A stretch of DNA of 64,000 bases from an uncultured Planctomycetaceae bacterium (GTDB lineage: Bacteria; Planctomycetota; Planctomycetia; Isosphaerales; Isosphaeraceae). This document shows, piece after piece, positions 1-12,750 of the stretch; position 1 is the first letter of the stretch; every line of letters begins with the position of its first letter. A program made the position numbers and the translations under genes. The stretch is taken from assembly GCA_963833985.1 (NCBI GenBank), contig CAWIAD010000002.1:128001-192000 (forward strand), given 5' to 3'. The notes under the pieces were generated by a model, which saw nothing but the letters and a program-made list of their open reading frames with translations, did no database searches and had not been told where the DNA came from.

Positions 1-595
1 GAACTGCTCGAGGCGCCCGAGGCCGGACCGGCCAGCGTCGAGAACTCCTGGGTGGTCTTCGATGATACCCGGGGCCGCTTCCACTTCCTGCACCCCCAGG
101 AGCTGCGCCTATCCCTATCCCGATGGCGGCATCGACCTGCTGGACCGGCGGCCCGCCGGCCAGGACATCGTCAAGCTTGCCCTCAGTCGCAAATCGCAGG
201 ATCCCCAGAAAGATCGTCTCGCGGCCGATCCGATCGAGTTGAAACGACAGCTTGAAGACCAGTGGAAGCAGCAGGGCGAGAAGGTTGTGCCCGGGCCGTC
301 GGGATGGCTGCCCGCCACCGAATGGTCGCCCCAGAAATGGAAGGTCTACCGGATCGAGGCCGCACTCATCCCCAACAGCGAACGACCCGTCCCGAACGGC
401 CGAATCTACCTCGACCAGTACGTGGTGCAGTTCACACGCAATGAGGTACTCATGGTGCAGGCCATGACCACGCGCGACCCGCACATCCAGTTCCGCACGG
501 TCGTCGAGGCCATCATCAAGTCGTTCGAGTTTGGACCGTCCGAAGGCACGCTCCCCGCGACTCCCAAACCCGCCACCGCGACATCGCCGCGCTGA
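1..595 (+). CDS. Hypothetical protein, 3' part (runs off the window's left edge; frameshift near 110)
   Basis: Frame 1 reads ELLEAPEAGPASVENSWVVFDDTRGRFHFLHPQELRL from base 1. A protein-like sequence then continues in frame 2 (YPDGGIDLLDRR...IIKSFEFG) to TGA at 595. Confidence 0.6.
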   Translation, partial: NCSRRPRPDRPASRTPGWSSMIPGAASTSCTPRSCAYPYPDGGIDLLDRRPAGQDIVKLALSRKSQDPQKDRLAADPIELKRQLEDQWKQQGEKVVPGPSGWLPATEWSPQKWKVYRIEAALIPNSERPVPNGRIYLDQYVVQFTRNEVLMVQAMTTRDPHIQFRTVVEAIIKSFEFGPSEGTLPATPKPATATSPR

Positions 596-750
596 GCAAC
601 CATCGGATCGGTCATCCGGTTCCGCTTCCGGTACCTGAACACCTGATGACCCGATCGCGGAAGACATCTCCGGGCCGGCCTGGTAGAATCCGCCGCGTGA
701 GTGAGTCAGTGCCGAGCGCAGGAAGCGCGTCGAGCGCGAGGAGTGCAGGG

Positions 751-2624
751 ATGGACTCGATGTGGAACTTCGGGCGTTGTGTTGCGGTTGTGGCGCGGAG
801 CGACTCGGCACGATGGCTGCCGGCACCGCTGTTGCTTCTGCTGGCGATGCTGGGATCGCTGGCTGGCAATGCGGGTGGTGCGGCGCGGGCGCAGACCCTC
901 GAACCCCCTGCCGGACAGAGCCCGGCAACAGGCTCACCCGCCAGCGCTGAGCCGGGGGTGGAGGTCTTGACCCGTGGGCCGGTGCACGAGGCCTTTGCCG
1001 CACCGGTGGCTCACGATCCGAGGCCCGGCCTGGTGGTCGCCAAGGAACCGCCGGCCGCGATCGAGGAATTGCCCCCTGCGCAGCAGCCGGCCGGCCAGAA
1101 TGTGCAGTGGATTCCGGGCTACTGGAGCTGGGACCCCGCGCGGAGCGATTACCTCTGGGTCAGTGGTGTCTGGCGCGAGCCGCCGCCCGGGCGCCAGTGG
1201 GTGCCCGGCTACTGGCACCAGGTTGAGCGCGGCTTCCAGTGGGTTCCCGGAGCCTGGGTCCCGGTGAACCAGCCGTCGGGCGCGGCCGCGCGCAGGGCTC
1301 GTCGTCGGCTCAGTCGTCCTATCTGCCACCTCCGCCCGCCAGCCTGGAAACCGGGCCGAACGGGCCTGCACCCGGGCCGAACGTCTTCTGGTCGCCGGGA
1401 AGCTGGTACTGGCAGGAGAACCGCTACGTCTGGCGGCCGGGCTTCTGGGCGGCCGTGCAGCCGGAATGGGTCTGGATTCCTCCGCACTACGCCTGGACAC
1501 CGGGCGGCTGCCTGTTCGTGGAAGGCTACTGGGACATGCCACTGGGCAGCCGCGGGCTCATGTTCGCACCCGTTTACTATCCCCGGCCGATCTACCTTCA
1601 GCCGGCCTACTCCTTCACCCCGTCGATCGTCATCGCCGCGCCCGGCTTGACGGCCAGCCTGTTCGTCCAACCTGTCTATTCCCATTACTACTTTGGAGAT
1701 TACTACGACCGCGGGTTCGTCAGCGTGGGCATCGTGCCCTGGTTCTCGTTCACTTTCGTTTCCGGAGGCGGACCGCCCATTTACCGGGATCCGCTCTTCT
1801 CGTTCTACGCGAGCGTGAACGTGGTGCGTGATCCCGGCTGGGTAACCCGCGTGCGGCAGGAGTACGTCGCCCGCCGCGAGAACATCGCCTTGCGGCCCCC
1901 ACGCACCTATGTGGAGCAGATGCGGCGCATCGAGCGGAACGCCAACCTGGCGGCCGGCGTGCGCGGTCGGGAGCTCGTCATGGCCCGCCCCTTGAGCCAG
2001 CTCCCTGGAGTGGCCGGACGGGCCGGTGGCATGAGGCTCGAAAGCGTCAGCCCCGAGGCGCGAAGGCAATGGCAGGAGCGGAGCCTCGCCTTGCGGCAGT
2101 ACCGCAACGAGCGGTCGATCCAGGAGCGGCGGGCCGAGAGCCAGCACCTTGCGGAGCTGGGACCAGGCCGTGCCGCGAGCCATGCCTCCGCCAGGCCCCG
2201 ACCGCTGGCGCTTCCCACCTCGCCCGTGGCCGCGCCAATCCATCATCATGCCGCCACGGGCGCGGCGGTCGGACCGGTGGGGCATGCCGACCAGCAGCTT
2301 GCGGCCTCAACTTTCGGAGAGCACCGCGGCCCGAGCTACGAGCACTCCGGCAGCCAAGCCCCGCGGGTGGAACAGTCCGCGGCCCAGCGCGCGCCGCTCA
2401 TCGAGCATCGTTCCTCGGGCGCGGCCGCCGGGCTCGAGCATCTCGACGGGCCTGGCCGCCCGGCTCCTCATGACGTGACGGCCGCCGGGACCGAGCCCGC
2501 CGCGGGCCGGCCAGGCGCGAATCCATCGGCGGGAAGGCTTCCGCTGCATGCACCTGCCCAGTCCACTCACCGCCAGCCGCCTCCCGCGCCTCGGCCCGCT
2601 GCCCGGCGCGGGCGCCAGGAATGA
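751..2624 (+). CDS. Secreted YXWGXW/WXXGXW-repeat protein with Pro/Ala/Arg-rich tail (frameshift near 1290)
   Basis: Signal-like LLLLLAMLGSLAG, then LTRGPVHEAFA and repeats WIPGYWSW, WVSGVW, WVPGYW, WVPGAW. The next frame continues with WSPGSWYW, WRPGFW, FVEGYWD. Start codon uncertain. Confidence 0.75.
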
Positions 2625-2791
2625 AGCCACAGCCCATGAACGAAAGCCGGGCGGGGAAATGTTTCGGAAGGGACCGGGTAGTGGGGGAAGTACCGACGGC
2701 TGGGCGGGCGCTCGCTGCACGACTACCATGTAAAGACTGTGCATGAGAATGCACGGACCATCCGACGGCCCGACTCTCTGGAGCCTTTCTC

Positions 2792-4156
2792 ATGCCCGCA
2801 AGCCTGGCTGAATCCACCACCGGCACGATCGGCGATCCGGGGCTTGACATCAGCAACCTCCGCCTCGACCGCGCGGCCTTGTGGACCTGCTACGAGCAGG
2901 TCCGGCACACCACCGAAGCGCTCTGCGCTCCGCTGGAGATCGAGGATTACGTCGTCCAGTCCATGCCCGACGCGAGCCCGGCCAGGTGGCACCTGGCGCA
3001 CACTTCCTGGTTCTTCGAGACCTTTGTCCTCGCTCCGGCAGCCCAGGGCGGCTACGATCCCGTCGATTCTTCGTACTCTTATCTCTTCAACTCATACTAC
3101 AATGCCGTGGGAGAACGGATCGCACGGGACCGCCGGGGCCTGCTCTCGCGGCCGACTGTCGCCGAGGTTCTGGGGTATCGCAGGGCCGTAGACCGGCAGG
3201 TCCAGATCTTTCTCGAGCGAACCGGCGACGCGGCGCTGGAGCGGCACCGAGGCACCGTAATTCTCGGGCTGCATCACGAGCAGCAGCATCAGGAACTGAT
3301 CCTCACCGACATCAAGCACGCCCTGGCCGGGAACCCCCTGCGGCCGGCTTATCGTGAGCCCGTCTCCCGGGCCACTACGCCTGGCGGGCGACCGGCGCTG
3401 GGATGGGTTTCGTACGAGGGCGGGATGCGAGCGATCGGCCACGCTTCCGCGGGTTTTGCGTTCGACAACGAAGGGCCGCGGCATGAGCAGTACATCGCCG
3501 CGTTCGCGCTTGCCGACCGGCTGGTGACCAGCGGCGAGTTCGAGGAGTTCATTGCCGATGGCGGCTACGACCGTCCTGAACTCTGGCTCTCCGACGGCTG
3601 GTACGCCAGGATCCAGGGGGGCTGGACCAGCCCTCTCTACTGGGAGCGTACACCGAGGGGCGGGGAGACGTTCACGTACGAAGGCATGAGTCCGCTGGAT
3701 CCCGACGAGCCGGTTTGCCACGTCAGCTTCTACGAGGCCGATGCCTACGCGCGCTGGGCCGGCGCGCGGCTGCCGACCGAGGTCGAATGGGAGACCGCAG
3801 CCGTCGCCGCAAGCATGGGAGCGGTGGCCGCGCCTGACGGCAACTTTCTCGAATCGGGGCGGTTTCATCCGCGCCGGCTGGAGCACGGACGGGCCACCGC
3901 GGGCGCCGCGGCGCCCGCACAACTCTTCGGCGACGTCTGGGAATGGACGCAAAGCCCGTACACCCCCTATCGCGGATTCCGGCCGGCCGCCGGTGCGCTC
4001 GGCGAATACAACGGCAAGTTCATGTGCAACCAGCTCGTGCTGCGCGGGGGATCGTGCGCCACGCCGCGATCGCACATCCGGCCCACTTACCGCAACTTCT
4101 TCCCACCGCACGCGCGCTGGCAGTTCTCAGGCATCCGCCTGGCGATGGATGTATGA
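2792..4156 (+). CDS. egtB: Ergothioneine biosynthesis sulfoxide synthase EgtB (DinB_2 + FGE-sulfatase domains)
   Basis: QSMPDASPARWHLAHTSWFFETF, FNSYY, HHEQQHQELILTDIKH (Fe ligands), GDVWEWT, GEYNGKFM, YRNFFPPHARWQFSGIRLA. Confidence 0.93.
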   Translation: MPASLAESTTGTIGDPGLDISNLRLDRAALWTCYEQVRHTTEALCAPLEIEDYVVQSMPDASPARWHLAHTSWFFETFVLAPAAQGGYDPVDSSYSYLFNSYYNAVGERIARDRRGLLSRPTVAEVLGYRRAVDRQVQIFLERTGDAALERHRGTVILGLHHEQQHQELILTDIKHALAGNPLRPAYREPVSRATTPGGRPALGWVSYEGGMRAIGHASAGFAFDNEGPRHEQYIAAFALADRLVTSGEFEEFIADGGYDRPELWLSDGWYARIQGGWTSPLYWERTPRGGETFTYEGMSPLDPDEPVCHVSFYEADAYARWAGARLPTEVEWETAAVAASMGAVAAPDGNFLESGRFHPRRLEHGRATAGAAAPAQLFGDVWEWTQSPYTPYRGFRPAAGALGEYNGKFMCNQLVLRGGSCATPRSHIRPTYRNFFPPHARWQFSGIRLAMDV

Positions 4157-4210
4157 AGTGATATCTTATGCTGATGAACAGAACAGGCATGAGAAAGAGG
4201 TGAACAGTCC

Positions 4211-6702
<2,492 letters not shown>

Positions 6703-6718
<16 letters not shown>

Positions 6719-7318
6719 CCGGCCTCCTTGGACCACAGGGCCCGGATCAATTGCAGCTTCCGGTCCACCGTCCGCGCCGAGATCTCCAGGGAACGCGCAA
6801 TCTCTTCCGACCCCATGCCATGGAGTTTCTGCACCGCGATCACGCGCAGGGTCTCGTCGTCCAGCCGGGCGAACAGGGAATCGAGCTGGTCGGCAAACTC
6901 CGCGGCATCATCCGGAGTGGGCTCGCGGCTCAGGAACCGGGCCAGGCTGGCAGCTCCCATCTCCTCGTCATGACCCAGTGCCGATTCGCCCAGCACGTGC
7001 CCGCCTCCCCGCTTCTTGCGGGTCTGGTGGCGCACCACGCCCACCGCCTTGCGGACCGTGATCGCGAACAGGACCCGCCACAGGTCGTCGCGATTGTTCA
7101 GCTCCGCGAACTGGCCATTCCGGGCGCGATCGCAGAAGCTGTGGAAAGCACTCAAGGCCACGTCTTCCTCGTCGATGGCCCGCCGCGCATGTCCGGGCAG
7201 CCGCGCTGGCCAGCCGCACCAGCCGCTGGAAATAGCGGTCCCAGAGGCGCTGGATCGGATCGTCCTCGCCTGCCTTCAGCCCGTCCAGCCAGTAGGTCAC
7301 CGAATCCGAGTGCGACAT
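6703..7318 (-). CDS. ECF-type RNA polymerase sigma factor, kinase-associated planctomycete type (frameshift near 7200)
   Basis: MSHSDSVTYWLDGLKAGEDDPIQRLWDRYFQRLVRLA, then DEEDVALSAFHSF, RDDLWRVL, EEIARSLEISARTVDRKLQLIR. Overlaps the kinase start. Confidence 0.88.
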
Positions 7319-7525
7319 GGAGAAACCCCGGTGCGATCCAGGCAAGCTATGACGTCCACGCATTCTATCCGTTCTCAACGGCGGCCGCGTGCCCTGGCCG
7401 CCTCCTATTCTGGTATCGCCAGACGAAAAAAAAATCGCCAGAGTTGGAGCTCGTCTGGCGATTGAATGGATAGAACAAGCATTCGAGTACCTCGCTATCC
7501 TGCGATCCTTCGGAGCCATGCACTC

Positions 7526-8548
7526 ATGACGCCGCGATGTCGCGGATTCACCCTGATCGAGCTTCTGGTCGTGATCGCGATCATCGCGATCCTGATCAGC
7601 CTGCTCTTGCCGGCCGTCCAGTCCGCGCGGGAGGCGGCGCGGCGTGCCCAGTGCACCAACCAGCTCAAGCAGATCGGCCTGGCGATTCATCAGTACATGA
7701 CCGACAACGACGTCCTGCCGCCGACCGGCGGGATCGACCTTCAAGGCGTGACCATCGGCACCGGCAGGGTCCCGCAGAATTCTTCGATCCACCTGCGGCT
7801 GACCAATTACCTCGAGCATCGCGATGTTTACGACGCCTACAACTTCCAGCTTGGCGACGTGGTTAGCGGCAGCGCCGTGGCGGCGAATACCACGGTGATG
7901 AGCACCTCCATCAACGGCTATTTCTGCCCATCCGACGGCAACCCCGGCAGCCAGGAGAATCTCGATATCGGCTACAGTGTACCGGTGACCTGCGTGAACT
8001 ACGCACTGAACGCGGGAACCAACCGGCAGTACAACGGCGGGGTGGTCAACGGCATGTCGTGGTGGCTGGGGGGCAATCCGCTCTTCGGCTCGCGGGTCGG
8101 CTTCACCGCGATCCGCGACGGCACCAGCAACACCGCGGCCATGAGCGAGTGGATCAAGGGAAAAACAGGCGCGAACACGCCGGGCCTGAACCTGGTCTAC
8201 CAGGTCAACCAGCTCTCGTTCGGCGGCCCGCAGCAGGACGTCACCGCGTGCCAGTCCGCCAGCACGCCCCTGTGGGACTTCAAGGGCGAGTACTGGACCC
8301 TCCAGGACACCGGCCGGGGCGGTCCTTACTATCACATCATGCCGCCCAACAAACCGTCGTGTAACACGACCTCGAACTACGGGGTCCTTGATTCGTTCAT
8401 CGGTGCCAGCTCGTTCCATCCCGGCGGCGTGAATGTTCTGCTCATGGACGGTTCCGTGCGGTTCGTCAAGGACAGCATCAGCCTGTCCATCTGGAACGCA
8501 CTGGGCACGCGCGCCGGCGGCGAGGTCGTGAGCGCGGATGCGTTCTGA
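7526..8548 (+). CDS. DUF1559 family prepilin-type N-terminal cleavage/methylation protein with H-X9-DG C-terminus
   Basis: [47 protein letters not shown] ... [21 protein letters not shown]. Confidence 0.93.
   Translation: MTPRCRGFTLIELLVVIAIIAILISLLLPAVQSAREAARRAQCTNQLKQIGLAIHQYMTDNDVLPPTGGIDLQGVTIGTGRVPQNSSIHLRLTNYLEHRDVYDAYNFQLGDVVSGSAVAANTTVMSTSINGYFCPSDGNPGSQENLDIGYSVPVTCVNYALNAGTNRQYNGGVVNGMSWWLGGNPLFGSRVGFTAIRDGTSNTAAMSEWIKGKTGANTPGLNLVYQVNQLSFGGPQQDVTACQSASTPLWDFKGEYWTLQDTGRGGPYYHIMPPNKPSCNTTSNYGVLDSFIGASSFHPGGVNVLLMDGSVRFVKDSISLSIWNALGTRAGGEVVSADAF
8489..8548 (+). repeat. 60-bp direct repeat, copy 1 (3' end of the DUF1559 gene)
   Basis: atctggaacgcactgggcacgcgcgccggcggcgaggtcgtgagcgcggatgcgttctga matches 9489-9548 with 2 mismatches. 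Confidence 0.95.
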
Positions 8549-9028
8549 TCGTTGCCACCGTCACCAGGGACCGCTGCGTTTTCAGATGGTCCACGGCAGG
8601 CGCGGGTGCCTGGGCGCTGTCATTTTCCTGTGTTTTTATCTTGTCGTCCCTCCTGCCGCCGAACGCTCAAGACGCTCATGTCGCTCTTGAGTTGCACCCG
8701 GAGACGCGTCAGGCCATCGCAGCATCGGGCGCACTGTCGGTCAGCGAGGAAGGGCGCCGGGACACGGTCGAGCCGTTCGCGAGAGTAGCCGCCTCCGAGA
8801 CCATAGCCCCAGCATCTCAGAACCAGGCTCAATGCACCCGGCCAAAGATCGGCAGCCGTAGCGCTCCCTATGAATCACTGCACGACGGCCGGGCGGATCG
8901 CGTCGCTCATGCCCGAGATGGCTCCACGCGATCCAGACAAAGCAAGCAGTGCGCGGACCGTCCCTCATGGATGAACTGTTCACCCATCGTACCGTGTGAC
9001 GCGGGTCGCGATCCGCTGAAGCTCCGAG

Positions 9029-9236
9029 TCAGGCCGGCGGCTGACTTTGCATGAGTGAGCGCACGCGCCTGATTGACCGACTCGTCCGTCGGGAACGCGG
9101 CTCGAACGTCGGGAGCCAGCAACACCAGGTTCGTCCCGGTGCGGTAACTCTGCAAGTACTTACCGCGGACACCGCTCTTGAGCACCGAGGCGTCGTACTC
9201 GGGACGGAGTTCTTCATCGTCCGAGCCTCAGATCAT
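9029..9236 (-). pseudogene. BrnA-like antitoxin remnant
   Basis: ATG ATC TGA, then in frame GSDDEELRPEYDASVLKSGVRGKYLQSYRTGTNLVLLAPDVRAAFPTDESVNQA, with a frameshift before RSLMQ. This is a typical BrnT-partner sequence. Confidence 0.7.
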
Positions 9237-9386
9237 CCTTCCTCATAGAATTTCCTCTCCTTGCGCGTGGCGCAGCGGGCACTCATGATGCGGGTGAATT
9301 CGCCCCGGTCGGTGTGCGACACGACAAGCAAGCGTCCCTCGCTGGAATGACGCGCGGCCTTCTCCAGATCCCATTTCGAACTCCAT
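9233..9386 (-). pseudogene. BrnT family toxin remnant with a large internal deletion
   Basis: MEFE/WDLEKAAR is joined directly to HSSEGRLLVVSHTDRGEFTRIMSARCATRKERKFYEEG. The central NxxKHG-F-EA segment is missing. Confidence 0.75.
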
Positions 9387-9488
9387 AAGATCACCGTAGC
9401 CCGCCCAGACTCGCCAGGCAAGGAGCCGGCCATTCCTCATGACCTGTCGAACCGGGATTCCAGGGGCGAGTGCTGGACCCTTCTGAAT

Positions 9489-9548
9489 ATCTGGAACGCG
9501 CTGGGCACGCGCGCCGGCGGCGAGGTCGTGAGCGCGGACGCGTTCTGA
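9489..9548 (+). repeat. 60-bp direct repeat, copy 2 (orphan copy of the DUF1559 3' end including the stop codon)
   Basis: Exactly 1000 bp from copy 1. The differences, GCA/GCG and GAT/GAC, are synonymous. Confidence 0.95.
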
Positions 9549-9572
9549 GAGCGACCGGGGCGAGCCCGTGTT

Positions 9573-9992
9573 TCACTGGGTACGCACGGCAATCCAGTTG
9601 CCAGGCAGATCGCCTTTCGCGTAAGTGCGGCCCGAGCGGTCGCGGATCACGACCACCAGGTAAGCCTGACTGATCTGAAGGCTCTCCATGAAGTTCCCCG
9701 GCAGATCCAGACCGACCACGAAGTGCCGACCTGTCTGGTCGAACCTGAGGTCACCGGTGGTCCAGGCGATGTGGGAACGCGGGCGCTCGGAGGTGAGTTC
9801 CAGGTAGGCTGACGTGATCTGGTGGTACGGGTTGCCGCCATCGTCCAGCAGCCCTTCGATCCGGTACGACTGCCCGCTGCGCACGATGTGCTCGGGACCG
9901 AGGGCCCGCTCCCAGTCGACCTCGATGCGGATTGGCGCAAAGCTTGTGAGGTGAAGCGTCAGTCCCGCGAGGGCCAGCACCGTCGGCGCCAT
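9573..9992 (-). CDS. Hypothetical protein, possibly secreted
   Basis: MAPTVLALAGLTLHLTSFAP followed by a globular-looking sequence. No recognised motif. Confidence 0.45.
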   Translation of the reverse strand: MAPTVLALAGLTLHLTSFAPIRIEVDWERALGPEHIVRSGQSYRIEGLLDDGGNPYHQITSAYLELTSERPRSHIAWTTGDLRFDQTGRHFVVGLDLPGNFMESLQISQAYLVVVIRDRSGRTYAKGDLPGNWIAVRTQ

Positions 9993-10071
9993 GGGCAGGG
10001 CCGTGGATCGATAGGTCCAGATCAATGAGCGGCCTCCCTGGGGCCCGGGCACGGTCTTCCTCCGGACGATC

Positions 10072-10674
10072 TCAGATGTGCAGCAGGAAATACCAGCGAA
10101 AGATCCAGAGCACCACCCAGACGCCTCCGCAGACACAGCCTGCCCGGTCCAGCCAGCTTGCTTCCGGCCGCCAGCGGCCGCTCAGGGCCAGGGCCGTCCA
10201 GGCGGCAACCACGGCGGCCGGGACACGCGATTCGACGATGGCCCAGTCCGGAAAGTTGAAGGAGCCGAGCAACAGGGCCTGGGAAACGCGCCGCGATAAC
10301 ACAATCAGCCCGCCGGCCGCGATGGCCGCGGTTGCCGCGGCGCAGGCCACGACTCCGGGCTGCCGCGACAATCGCCGCAAGCCGGGGCGCGGCCGGCGCA
10401 GCCGGATCAGGAGCAGGGCCGGCATCACCAGCGCCAGCAGGCGCGGCAGGAGCCCAAAGCACAGCACCGGAACCCAGTCCAGCAACTCCAGCAAGGAAAA
10501 GCGTTCGGGACGCGATCGCAGGAACCTCGCCAGGTCATACTGCCAGAACGACCGCGCCACCACCAGCGACGCCGTCAGCGGCACCAGCAGGATCATCTCG
10601 TCGGCGACGGTGAACCGCCGCAGGGCTGCCGCCGTGGCGCCACCGTGAGTCCTTGGCCGGCTGCGAGGCTCCAT
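10072..10674 (-). CDS. Hypothetical membrane protein
   Basis: RRFTVADEMILLV, several hydrophobic segments, RLRRPRPGLRRLSRQPGVVAC, GRWRPEASWLDRAGCVCG. Confidence 0.65.
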   Translation of the reverse strand: MEPRSRPRTHGGATAAALRRFTVADEMILLVPLTASLVVARSFWQYDLARFLRSRPERFSLLELLDWVPVLCFGLLPRLLALVMPALLLIRLRRPRPGLRRLSRQPGVVACAAATAAIAAGGLIVLSRRVSQALLLGSFNFPDWAIVESRVPAAVVAAWTALALSGRWRPEASWLDRAGCVCGGVWVVLWIFRWYFLLHI

Positions 10675-10678
10675 TGCA

Positions 10679-11326
10679 TCATCTCCAGATGACGGGTGCA
10701 AAAACCTGAAATCCCAGCTCCAGCATCCAGCACCAGGCGAGCCATCGGCCCAGCCAGTCGCGCCAGGTGTTTTGGGCTCTCCACGCCCGCGCCAGGAACA
10801 GGTACGCCCAGACACCCAGGACCGCACCGCTGGCGCCGGCCTCGATCTGGTAGGGCGAAAGGCCCAGCCCGCAGTCCAGCGTTGACCAGGCCTGGGGCCA
10901 CTCCAGCGACCAGACGAGGCCGAGCGTCGCATCGGTAATCTCTCCGAACCAGGCAAGCGCAATGCGCTCGGCAACCTGGCAGAGAATTACCAGGGCCGCC
11001 ACACTCGACGCCGCCACTCCTGGTCCCGGCAGCCCGCCCCCGCAACGCCGCCGGCCGCGGCGGGCAGTTGCCGTGAGAGGCCCGATGCCCAGGGTGAACA
11101 CGGCAAGAAACGCCAGGAAATCCCAGTGCACCCGGCGTGCTGGGAGCTCCAGGTCGTCGAGCCAGGCGGCCCGGATGCCAGGCCGCTTCCCGCCCGTCTG
11201 GAAGAGTTGCAAGTGATCGAGGAACTGGCGGTCGGTACGAACCGCCGCCATGATCGCTGCCGCGAGTGCCAGCACAAGCACGAGGCCACGCGCGGCCGTC
11301 CATACGAGTGACGTCGTGCGTTTCAT
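10679..11326 (-). CDS. Hypothetical membrane protein (probable distant paralog of 10072-10674)
   Basis: Hydrophobic segments. PGVAA and RAWRAQNTWRDWLGRWL parallel PGVVA and RWRPEASWLDRAG in the adjacent gene. Confidence 0.65.
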   Translation of the reverse strand: MKRTTSLVWTAARGLVLVLALAAAIMAAVRTDRQFLDHLQLFQTGGKRPGIRAAWLDDLELPARRVHWDFLAFLAVFTLGIGPLTATARRGRRRCGGGLPGPGVAASSVAALVILCQVAERIALAWFGEITDATLGLVWSLEWPQAWSTLDCGLGLSPYQIEAGASGAVLGVWAYLFLARAWRAQNTWRDWLGRWLAWCWMLELGFQVFAPVIWR

Positions 11327-11449
11327 AGATCCGCCGGAATACTCGTCAGCTTGTGTGCCTCCCGGCCGCAGCGGTCAAGGCTGTCATCTTCACGCACTGG
11401 CACGCCTACCGCAAGCGTTCGTCCTGGAACCCGCCGCGCACAAGAACAA

Positions 11450-11475
11450 GCCGCCGGGAGTTGGGTCCCGGCGGC
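11450..11475 (-). terminator. Probable intrinsic terminator downstream of the Cys-Tyr-Gly gene
   Basis: 10-bp perfect stem gccgccggga-gttggg-tcccggcggc, followed on the minus strand by ttgttctt. Confidence 0.65.
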
Positions 11476-11600
11476 CTGGGTGATTTCTTTTTTGTTCTGC
11501 GACCTGGCGGTGCCGAATCGCATGCGGAGGCGGTCGAGCCTCGAGCGGCGCCCGAGTTCCTGACGATCCGCCGTCGCGCACGGAGGTCAGGCGAAAGAGA

Positions 11601-12383
11601 TCAGGTGCTGGGCTTGGGCGCGATCCCGGCTCCTGCCGGAGTACCGGTTCCCGGGAGGTTCGGTGCCGGAGTTGGCGGCACGGGCGTGGACGGGGGAGTG
11701 GGGGCCAGCGAGCCGCCGGTCGCGGGAGTGGGCGCTGGCGGTGTGGGTGCCGTGGTGTCGCTGGCCGCACCGGCCGCTGGTGCGGGCGGGGTGGCAGGCT
11801 CACCGACCGCAGGGGCGGGCGTGGCAGGCACCTCGTTCATGGGCTGGATGAGCGGGTAGCCGGGGGAGGCCTGGCTGCCGCCGGTGGGGGCCTCGTAAAC
11901 GGGCATGCCCGCTCCGTAAACTCCCGTGCCGTAGCCGCCGTAACCGTAGCCCGTGCCGTAGAAACCGTAATCCGGCCCGTACCAGCCGCCATCCCAGCCG
12001 TAAGGGCCAACTCCGCCGTAGCCTCCTCCGTGGTGCCAGCCGCCGCCACCACCACGGCCGCAGTGGAACAACCCGCTCAGGAAGCAGCCGTGCCGCCGCC
12101 CGCCGCCGCAATCGTTGTACCCGCCGCCGTAACAGCCGTAGGCAGCGCTGTAGCAGCCGTCATAGCAACCGCCGTAGCAGCCCCCTCCGTAACAGCCGTA
12201 GCCCATGGAGTAGCAGCCGCTGTAGCAGGATGGCTCGACGATGGAGCCGTAGCACCCGCCGTAGCAACTGCCGCTGTAGCAGGCCCCAGTGCCGTAGTAC
12301 GACGTGTCCATGACAACGTCGCACGACTTGTGATGACAGCCCAGCCCGCTCAGGGCCATCAGCATCACGATCGTACCTTGCAT
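11601..12383 (-). CDS. Low-complexity Cys-Tyr-Gly repeat protein with a Pro/Thr/Ala tail (260 aa)
   Basis: MQGTIVMLMALSGLGCHHK, ten CY dipeptides in xCYxG-like units, a GYG-rich block and a PAT-rich C-terminus. GGAGG RBS upstream. Confidence 0.75.
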   Translation of the reverse strand: MQGTIVMLMALSGLGCHHKSCDVVMDTSYYGTGACYSGSCYGGCYGSIVEPSCYSGCYSMGYGCYGGGCYGGCYDGCYSAAYGCYGGGYNDCGGGRRHGCFLSGLFHCGRGGGGGWHHGGGYGGVGPYGWDGGWYGPDYGFYGTGYGYGGYGTGVYGAGMPVYEAPTGGSQASPGYPLIQPMNEVPATPAPAVGEPATPPAPAAGAASDTTAPTPPAPTPATGGSLAPTPPSTPVPPTPAPNLPGTGTPAGAGIAPKPST

Positions 12384-12750
12384 TTCAAACCTCCAGGTTG
12401 CGAGACATGACGAAAGCTGATCCGCGACCGGCACCCAACCCCGCCCTGGTGCACCGCAATGATCGGGCGGGCCTCCCGGCGTGCAGCATGCCACCCGGCC
12501 TTGCGCACGCTCTGCTACCCACCAGGTCGCCCTGACCCATATTCTCTACTCAGACCGGTCAAATTCTAGTGTCCACCGCATCGGCACGCAACTGGACCTC
12601 GTAAAATGGCTGAAAGAGATGGAATGGATAATCTGGTTGCGACCTTTGTACTGGTTGGGATGCAACATCGGCGCCGCGTTTCTGGTCCGCGGGGAGATAA
12701 GCGGTTATGATGGATGATAATGCCTGGTCGTCAGTCGGAGGCCGCAGCAC

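Noticed and set aside
2625..2791. Riboswitch upstream of egtB; the 57720-58100 and 58457-58820 gaps were also examined for ncRNAs
   Set aside because: No conserved aptamer or ncRNA motif recognisable by eye; an Rfam/Infernal scan would be needed.
8489..9548. Diversity-generating retroelement (VR/TR pair); FGE domains in the window are also typical DGR targets
   Set aside because: Only two differences, both synonymous and not both at adenines; no reverse transcriptase in the window; no template copy of either FGE C-terminus seen.
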